The position numbers and the translations under genes were made by a program. A DNA stretch of 64,000 nt from a virus. Lineage: Duplodnaviria > Caudoviricetes. Location of the stretch: IMG/VR virus record IMGVR_UViG_3300037634_007329, positions 1 through 64,000 of that record. One strand, given 5' to 3'. Each line of letters starts with the position of its first letter. Within the stretch, counting starts at the first letter, position 1. This document shows positions 57,627-64,000 of this stretch, piece by piece. The notes beneath the pieces were generated by a model. The model made no database searches and was not told the DNA's origin. It saw only the letters and a list, made by a program, of their open reading frames with translations.

Positions 57627-58444
57627 AGTTCATATTTTATTTTAAATAAATTATCACATTCCACAATAGGAATAGATCCCAATGATGGAAATATTATTTT
57701 TTTAAAATTTAATTTTTTATTTTTTTCATTTACTGATTTTATACTGCCTATTAACTCCCTAGTTTTTTTTCTATTAAAAACAGCCCTAGTAGTAGAATAG
57801 TATTTCTTAAATAAATCCTTTCTAACAGTTTCCATGTGATGCATAGTTAATTCGTTTTTACTGAATTTATAGTTTTTACCTTTATAAGTCTTATTCAGTC
57901 CCCTAGTTGGATCACACTTAGAAAAAAAACCTTTTTGATGCTTTGTTTTATTATTAACTTTACATATAAATGGAACCGTAGATCCATCATATCCCCTGTG
58001 ATATATTGGAAGATTTACATAATTTATAAATCCACATGAAGTTAAAGAAATATCCTCTTCGATAATTTTATCTTTTGCCATCTTAAATTCTCCACTTTTA
58101 TAAAATTCATCTACGTCCATTGATATAAAATGAGTACAGTTTTTAGCTAAACATGATTTTAATCCAAATTGCCTTTTAGCTGTTTCAAAGCCTTTGGAAA
58201 CTCGTATAGACGTTGGAGAAACGTTAACTTTTTTAAAGCTAGAAAACTTTTCTAATGAATCTATAAGACCTTTTCTAGTCAATGTATTTAATGTATCTAA
58301 ATCTTCTGGTGAAATGGGGATTCCAAACCATGAATACTCTTGATATGCTACATGTATAAAATCTACATGATTTCGTATTTGTTTAATTGAATATTCTAAC
58401 AATTCTATTCCATCAAACACCGTATATGAAACTCCTAATTTCAT
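57617..58444 (-). CDS. Glycosyltransferase-like (GT-A)
   Basis: SYTVFDGIELLEYSIKQIR; ETAKRQFGL; THFISMDVDEFY. Confidence 0.7.
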   Translation of the reverse strand: MKLGVSYTVFDGIELLEYSIKQIRNHVDFIHVAYQEYSWFGIPISPEDLDTLNTLTRKGLIDSLEKFSSFKKVNVSPTSIRVSKGFETAKRQFGLKSCLAKNCTHFISMDVDEFYKSGEFKMAKDKIIEEDISLTSCGFINYVNLPIYHRGYDGSTVPFICKVNNKTKHQKGFFSKCDPTRGLNKTYKGKNYKFSKNELTMHHMETVRKDLFKKYYSTTRAVFNRKKTRELIGSIKSVNEKNKKLNFKKIIFPSLGSIPIVECDNLFKIKYELWK

Positions 58445-59139
58445 TTAAAACCTTTATAGAAATTTTTATTTTTTTTCATTAAATCATGTCTTTTCTTAAA
58501 GGAATTAACATAATTGTTTCGCCAACGACCTCCTAAAGGGATAACCTTTGTTAAATTTTTACCATGATAATTTCCCTGAAGTAAAATTTCATTTATTGAA
58601 GTTATCTTATTTGAAAAAGCTAAACTCACCCTTCTCTTATATTCAGTATCAGCGCCAGCCCTAACATTATCATAGTATCCAATTTTATTAAATACTTCCC
58701 TTTTAAATATTAATTGAGACTCTGTAGTTTTTCTATTTACTCTAATTGTCTTATTCGTATGATAATTCTTTCTAATAGAACTACAGCTCACGCCAATTAT
58801 ATTTTTAGAAAACTTAGATATTTGTTTTAAGAATCTATTAGGATAAGAAAAATCATCTGCTCCATGTATACAATAATAATTCCAATCTTTATTTTTTCTC
58901 ATGTGATGCAATCCCTTATTAATAGACACATATGTTCCTTTATTATTTTTATTACTCAATAAGACAATGTTAGAAAAAGAACTAGCTATTTTATAAGAAT
59001 CATCTGTAGACCCGTCGTCTATTATTACGAGAATTATTTTTACACCTTTCTGATTTAATATAGATTCTATAGATTTTTTTATAAATAATTCAGCATTATA
59101 CATTGGCATTATTACTAATATGGTTTCATCGTTTTTCAT
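58441..59139 (-). CDS. Glycosyltransferase family 2
   Basis: VIMPMYNAE, IDDGSTDDS, NKGTY, GADD, GADTEY. Confidence 0.9.
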   Translation of the reverse strand: MKNDETILVIMPMYNAELFIKKSIESILNQKGVKIILVIIDDGSTDDSYKIASSFSNIVLLSNKNNKGTYVSINKGLHHMRKNKDWNYYCIHGADDFSYPNRFLKQISKFSKNIIGVSCSSIRKNYHTNKTIRVNRKTTESQLIFKREVFNKIGYYDNVRAGADTEYKRRVSLAFSNKITSINEILLQGNYHGKNLTKVIPLGGRWRNNYVNSFKKRHDLMKKNKNFYKGFK

Positions 59140-59681
59140 AACTCAAAAGTAATAACTTGTCTATTCTTTCTTTCTATATTAACATCAATGTCTACACTAA
59201 ATTTCTTTGTATTTGGGGAAAATACATTAAAACAAGAAAGATCAGTGATTTGTAAATCTTGAATTACAATTAACCGAGGATTATATGATTCGATATATTT
59301 ATTAATGAATGAAATTTTATCATCTATATAGTAAAAAACTCCCCCGAAATATATAGAATCAAAGGATTTATTATTAAACATTTCATACCAACTCTTTGTG
59401 TGAAATTCAATATCTTTAATACCATTATATTTTTTTAAAGCTTCTTGAATTGCTTCTGAACATAAATCAAACCCAATATATTTATTATCATACCCCTGTT
59501 TTAAGAGATTCTTTAAAAACATTCCATTCCAACACCCAACGTCTAATATTGACTGTGAACTTTTTTTAATTAAAAAATCTGCAGCGTGTTCGTACACTTC
59601 TGTAAAATCAGCTGAACATAGATAATCATATGCACTCTTATTATACATATTAGACAGTTGCTTTTTATTTGGTGATTTCAT
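59136..59681 (-). CDS. Class I SAM-dependent methyltransferase
   Basis: ILDVGCWNG, YIGFD, FDSIYFGGVFYY. Confidence 0.85.
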   Translation of the reverse strand: MKSPNKKQLSNMYNKSAYDYLCSADFTEVYEHAADFLIKKSSQSILDVGCWNGMFLKNLLKQGYDNKYIGFDLCSEAIQEALKKYNGIKDIEFHTKSWYEMFNNKSFDSIYFGGVFYYIDDKISFINKYIESYNPRLIVIQDLQITDLSCFNVFSPNTKKFSVDIDVNIERKNRQVITFEL

Positions 59682-59692
59682 TATTATTAAAT

Positions 59693-60283
59693 TTATTTTT
59701 TATAACCAAGTATCATATATTTTTTTAGAACCCTTTTGGTTTTTTTATGACGCCAAACTAATTCATTGGCTTCTATTATATTTAAGTGATTTTCATATCT
59801 TTTTTTAAAATCTTCTAACTCATCAAAGTATCTAACATGAGACCTTGCATCAAAATTAGGACTGCATAATGCGCATAGTGTATCTTTATTAAATGCATTT
59901 AATAAGCCAAAATCATTTTCAATGTGTTCTAAACTTAAGCAAATCATTAGATCATTATCATTATAATGTTTTATATCATCCTCGGCGTCAAAACTACATA
60001 TATTAAATCTATTATCATTTATTCTAGTTAATACAAATTTAATAACCTTATCGTTAAAGTCGTTAAAGGAATAACTTATTACATTATTTAATTTCAAAAA
60101 AAGCTCTGCCATATATGAAGAACCTGCTGCTATATCTAATATTCTTATTTGTTTTGATTTGATTTCTTTAAAAATCATTTTAAATAACATATCATTCCTC
60201 TCTGCATACACTCCTGTGTAATATTTTTTCATTGCTTCATCACCTTTATGGGCGTCTTCATACCACATTTTACTTTTTCTCAT
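59693..60283 (-). CDS. Class I SAM-dependent methyltransferase
   Basis: ILDIAAGS, CLSLEHIEND, SPNFD..SHVR. Confidence 0.75.
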   Translation of the reverse strand: MRKSKMWYEDAHKGDEAMKKYYTGVYAERNDMLFKMIFKEIKSKQIRILDIAAGSSYMAELFLKLNNVISYSFNDFNDKVIKFVLTRINDNRFNICSFDAEDDIKHYNDNDLMICLSLEHIENDFGLLNAFNKDTLCALCSPNFDARSHVRYFDELEDFKKRYENHLNIIEANELVWRHKKTKRVLKKYMILGYKK

Positions 60284-61007
60284 GTGTGAAATTGTTTTTT
60301 TTTGATAAAACTGTCATGTTTTCATTATAAGACATAATTACATCTAAACTAAACGGTCCGTTATTAAATAACAAATCTATTATACTCATATTTGGAATAA
60401 ATTCATTTTTCCAACGCTGTTCATATATTGGATGATTAAAATCGGTGTATACTAAATCTATATTATTTTTATTATACATGTTTTCTTCTTGATATTTCAT
60501 TCCTCCGAATCCAGAAAAATAACTAGTTGCTCCTACGTTTTTACATATGCTTACAAGTCTATCGGTGCTTTTTCCATTAATATTTTTTAGTTCAGATGAA
60601 ATTAATATTTCTGTATCTATTTTCAATACATCGACTATGTATTTTATTAAATCTATATTTATTTTACACAAATTTTCACCAGAAACATTTAAAATATAAG
60701 AAATATCTTTAAAATAATTATCAAAATATGAAGATTTATTGTAATTCTGTTCTATTGATTTTATTATTTTTTTTATATTAAATTCCTTGTCATGTATTTT
60801 TACTTTATTTATATTTTGTCCAAATGAACTGACAATTGGGACAGTCAACCATCCCATTCCATTAGATGTCCTTATCTTATTTCTATTTGTAAATCCATTT
60901 TTTGTGTACTGTACATCATCTAATATAACGAAAATATCACTAGAATATATTTTATAAAAATATCCTATCCAAGGTATAAAATTAGGTTGGTGTATAGAAA
61001 CTGTCAT
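60270..61007 (-). CDS. WbqC-like protein
   Basis: IHQPNFIPWIGYF, LDDVQY, NRNKI, LTVP, SIIDLLFN.G. Confidence 0.92.
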   Translation of the reverse strand: MTVSIHQPNFIPWIGYFYKIYSSDIFVILDDVQYTKNGFTNRNKIRTSNGMGWLTVPIVSSFGQNINKVKIHDKEFNIKKIIKSIEQNYNKSSYFDNYFKDISYILNVSGENLCKINIDLIKYIVDVLKIDTEILISSELKNINGKSTDRLVSICKNVGATSYFSGFGGMKYQEENMYNKNNIDLVYTDFNHPIYEQRWKNEFIPNMSIIDLLFNNGPFSLDVIMSYNENMTVLSKKNNFTHEKK

Positions 61008-62011
61008 AATACTTTTTTCATCTTATCAAAAGACACTTTAAATTTATTTTTTTCTTTTTCTCTATTTTCATATGTCCTATTTGAAAATGTATCTAATGTC
61101 TTAATATTTTGAATATCCTTATTAAACAACATTTTACTTTTTTCTTTTACTTGCTTCAATAATAGATTAGGACGTTCGGTTAAATCATTATATTTAATTT
61201 TTATTATATTATCTTTATATATGGAATTGTCTATTATTGAATTATAGTAACGTTTAAGTGAAATAATTTGACCGGTTATTTGATCAATGTGATCAAGATC
61301 TAATAGATTTTCATGATTTGGAGGAAGAGTAGACCACCAGGTGTTTAAGTTATCATGAAACTTTCTCCTAGCATCTAATATAGAAATAGCGGTATCTAAT
61401 TCATCTCTCTCAACATATACATATATAACTTTTTTTAAAACCTCTATTATTTTATCTAGATGATATGCTCCAAATAAATTTTTCATTACGAAAACATTAC
61501 CATATTGATCTTGCATGTTAATTAAAGTACATTTTAATTTTTCCCATTCAATATTATCTTCTTTATCCTTAAAATTCTTAAAATCTGACACTTTATTTAA
61601 ATGCAACCAGTGTCTCCAAAAATATCCAAATTCATGAATAGAAGTTAAGTCTTTAGTGGTAGCATAATTAGAAGTAAAATCCATTGACTTACCATTTCCT
61701 AAGATAATTTTAGATAACATTATTCCAGTCACCGGGGCTAACCAAAATCGAGCTGAAAAATTATTTATATAACCGGCATTTAATCCATATGCTAATATTT
61801 GACCCAATAACGTTGTTCCCGACCTCGGAATACCAAAACCGAATATAAAAGGAAAATCCGGTTCATCTTTAATTACATAATCTAATTGTTCTGCCGTTAA
61901 CAGCGTGTTATTTATTTCCAATAAGCTTGCCTCATCGGTTTTGCTTTTATGAAAATTTTTCTTCCTTATAGAATTAAATGAATCTAACGTTTTTATTAAA
62001 TTTTCTTTCAT
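61004..62011 (-). CDS. Sulfotransferase
   Basis: PAPS-binding FGIPRSGTTLL; HEFGYFW; RD....AIS; YNDLTERP; likely start ATG 62011 (MKENLIK). Confidence 0.85.
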   Translation of the reverse strand: MKENLIKTLDSFNSIRKKNFHKSKTDEASLLEINNTLLTAEQLDYVIKDEPDFPFIFGFGIPRSGTTLLGQILAYGLNAGYINNFSARFWLAPVTGIMLSKIILGNGKSMDFTSNYATTKDLTSIHEFGYFWRHWLHLNKVSDFKNFKDKEDNIEWEKLKCTLINMQDQYGNVFVMKNLFGAYHLDKIIEVLKKVIYVYVERDELDTAISILDARRKFHDNLNTWWSTLPPNHENLLDLDHIDQITGQIISLKRYYNSIIDNSIYKDNIIKIKYNDLTERPNLLLKQVKEKSKMLFNKDIQNIKTLDTFSNRTYENREKEKNKFKVSFDKMKKVL

Positions 62012-62640
62012 ATTATTATTCTTATTACCTCGAATGCTTCTGCATATTTTGTTTGAATCTGAGTCCCTCTTGTAAACGCTAACGCCCTTAACCATTCTTC
62101 AGATGCATATGTTCTAAATTTCTGTGATTCATACCTAGCAATGGCTTTAACTTTTTTATTAATATGTTTCTGTTCTAGTTTTATAAAGCATCCATTTTTA
62201 AATATTAAATTATTCCAAGGTAATTCATATCCTAAAATAGAAGAAAATTTAAATGCTCTTACTGCTTCTTCTGCGATAGTGTGATGATCCTGATGTATAT
62301 CATCAAGGGATGGTATGAAAACTAAATCTGGATGAATTCTATTTTTTAGCTTTATCATTATTTCTAATATGTCCTGTCTATGATAATTTAATTTTCTAAC
62401 TGGATATTTAAATATACTCAATCTATCTGGGGATATTCCTAATTCTAGCGTAGCTTTTTTAACTTCTATTTCTAAAGTGTTTTTAGGTAACCCGTCTGGA
62501 ACTGATTCCTCTGCGCATGAAAAAGCGGCATAATATATATCATTATTTTCAATTAGTTTAGCTATACTTCCACCGCAACCGAATTCACCATCATCTGTGT
62601 GAGGAGAAAGTATTAAAATTTTCTTATTTTCTATATCCAT
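62008..62640 (-). CDS. PIG-L/LmbE family N-deacetylase
   Basis: LSPHTDDGEFGCGG, DIHQDH, YE.PWN, YESQ, AEAFEV. Confidence 0.9.
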   Translation of the reverse strand: MDIENKKILILSPHTDDGEFGCGGSIAKLIENNDIYYAAFSCAEESVPDGLPKNTLEIEVKKATLELGISPDRLSIFKYPVRKLNYHRQDILEIMIKLKNRIHPDLVFIPSLDDIHQDHHTIAEEAVRAFKFSSILGYELPWNNLIFKNGCFIKLEQKHINKKVKAIARYESQKFRTYASEEWLRALAFTRGTQIQTKYAEAFEVIRIII

Positions 62641-64000
62641 TTAAGCATTTTATTTTTTTTAACAATAATAAATTATCTAATGTCTTTGTTTTAATTCTTT
62701 TAATATCGGTTATAAAGACATCTGTTTTAACACCCAGCATTAAAAAATTGTTTACTTTAGTTAATATTTTATACTCGTCTATGTTTAATTGTTTTATTTT
62801 TTTCCACATACTTCCATCTAATCCTTTATTTAGACCATTGTCCCATGGGGTATAGTCTAATGTCTCTAATAATTTAGAAGATAACATTCTTCCAGTTCCA
62901 ACAGATTCACCATGTCTCCTATTTGTATATCCTGGAAAATAGAACATTTTATCAGTAATGCTATCATACATGAATGAATCTAAAACCCCTATTAAATCAT
63001 AATTGTTTCTAATAATTTTAATATATTTTTTAAATAATTTTTCACACATAAAATTATCTGATCCTAGTACTATTACCCCATCTATTTTCTTATCTCTATA
63101 GTAATTCATTCCATAATTAAACTTATTAGATACCGGTTTATTGCGACGACTAAAATAAATTTGATTATTTTCAATAACTGCTTTTTCATTAATTTTATAG
63201 CTGTCTACTACTACACTAATTATATCTATTTCATTTTTAAAAAGCTCTCGTAGATGTGAAAGATGTTTACAATAGTAACTAGTCAGTTCTTTTCGCTTAT
63301 ATGCAGCCGTTAATATTCCAATTTTTATTTTATTATAAAATTCATAATCGCAACATTTAGTATTTGAATTATATTTAAATGTAATGGAATTTCCATTATA
63401 ATTAATATATCTCAATGGATATTCTTCATATAGGCACTGTGAGGATAGCGTATTTAACATAACACTTGAATCTTTGCTTTTTAACAATACCAAGTGTACA
63501 TTATCTATTTTACTTAATTCTTTTATTATGGAATCAGATTTACTTGACATGTGATATATTCCTATAAGTATTTCATATTTAGTTGGCATTTTTATATTGC
63601 TATCTAAAAATTTTTTTAGGTGAGAAATATCATTATTTTCAATTATACAAATATAACTGGTGCCAGGCATTGGATATTTTTCAAATGGAGGTTTATAATA
63701 TGTTTTTCTTCTTCTATGTGACAATTCGCCACTGTTGTGTAAATTAGGCCTTCCGCTCTTATTCCTATTATTCAACCTTTTTCTAATTTCTAAATTTTTC
63801 TTATGTGTTTCTATATGATTCCTATTTATGGAAGGGTTTAAATTTATTTCCACTAAGTGTTCTTTATTATATTTTAACCATATTCTATCTAATGTTTTAT
63901 ACCTTAAAGAAAAAGATGAATTCTTTTCTCTAATTCCTATATCTAATTCTATAAAACATATATTTTTACAAATTGAATAAAATATATTTTTTTTACTATC
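62624..64000 (-). CDS. Glycosyltransferase-like protein (5'-truncated by window edge)
   Basis: Frame stays open from 63853 to 64000; C-terminal GT-A-like ILTAAYKR, PVSNKFN, LGSDNF, GTGRML. Confidence 0.7.
   Translation of the reverse strand, partial: DSKKNIFYSICKNICFIELDIGIREKNSSFSLRYKTLDRIWLKYNKEHLVEINLNPSINRNHIETHKKNLEIRKRLNNRNKSGRPNLHNSGELSHRRRKTYYKPPFEKYPMPGTSYICIIENNDISHLKKFLDSNIKMPTKYEILIGIYHMSSKSDSIIKELSKIDNVHLVLLKSKDSSVMLNTLSSQCLYEEYPLRYINYNGNSITFKYNSNTKCCDYEFYNKIKIGILTAAYKRKELTSYYCKHLSHLRELFKNEIDIISVVVDSYKINEKAVIENNQIYFSRRNKPVSNKFNYGMNYYRDKKIDGVIVLGSDNFMCEKLFKKYIKIIRNNYDLIGVLDSFMYDSITDKMFYFPGYTNRRHGESVGTGRMLSSKLLETLDYTPWDNGLNKGLDGSMWKKIKQLNIDEYKILTKVNNFLMLGVKTDVFITDIKRIKTKTLDNLLLLKKIKCLNGYRK

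Noticed and set aside
1-64000. Alternative genetic code (stop-codon reassignment), as in some Bacteroidota jumbo phages
   Set aside because: Known genes translate to full length in code 11 with high coding density, and TAG, TGA and TAA all occur as plausible stops.
1-64000. Interpretation as bacterial chromosome or eukaryotic giant virus
   Set aside because: Host-like genes (clpC, sigma, neuB, phoH) are interleaved with T4-type portal, gp4, gp25, gp53, gp5, primase and UvsW. No housekeeping operons or NCLDV hallmark genes are seen.
1-64000. tRNA, rRNA, IS elements, integrase
   Set aside because: Intergenic gaps are short and A/T-rich with no cloverleaf-like GC stems, and no transposase or recombinase motifs were recognised. 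tRNAscan/Infernal were not run.

Overview
A 64-kb, gene-dense, strongly AT-rich (judged by eye, not computed) fragment of a large T4-like myovirus, probably a jumbo phage, read in the standard genetic code. The host is probably Bacteroidota (Flavobacteriia). Support for this: A-rich leaders without Shine-Dalgarno, a Bacteroidota-type primary sigma homologue (MRQFKI...), a Bacteroidota-like ClpC and a protease with a T9SS C-terminal domain. T4-type core genes are scattered on both strands: portal gp20, neck gp13, gp25, gp2, gp4, primase, the C-terminal half of a split family-B polymerase, UvsW/UvsY, DNA ligase, PhoH, an amidase endolysin and a baseplate block (gp48-like, gp53, hub, gp5 spike). 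Main observations: (1) about 19 unrelated proteins carry a shared N-terminal tag resembling the T4 capsid-targeting sequence, and some copies are near-identical DNA cassettes. The tag also recurs internally and C-terminally, and many tagged genes sit behind (T)ATAAATA late-promoter-like motifs. Cargo includes annexin-like, lysozyme/PRTase-like and Cys-rich domains. (2) A ClpC lacking its N-domain is co-oriented with UVR-domain small proteins. (3) A 10-kb nonulosonic-acid/sulfation/methylation glycan cluster is present, plus an APS-kinase fusion at the window start. (4) An unannotated 22-aa, 9-Cys metallothionein-like ORF. (5) A phage-encoded T9SS-type M43 protease. No tRNA, rRNA, CRISPR array or IS element was recognised. 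All functional calls come from motif recognition by eye, not database searches.
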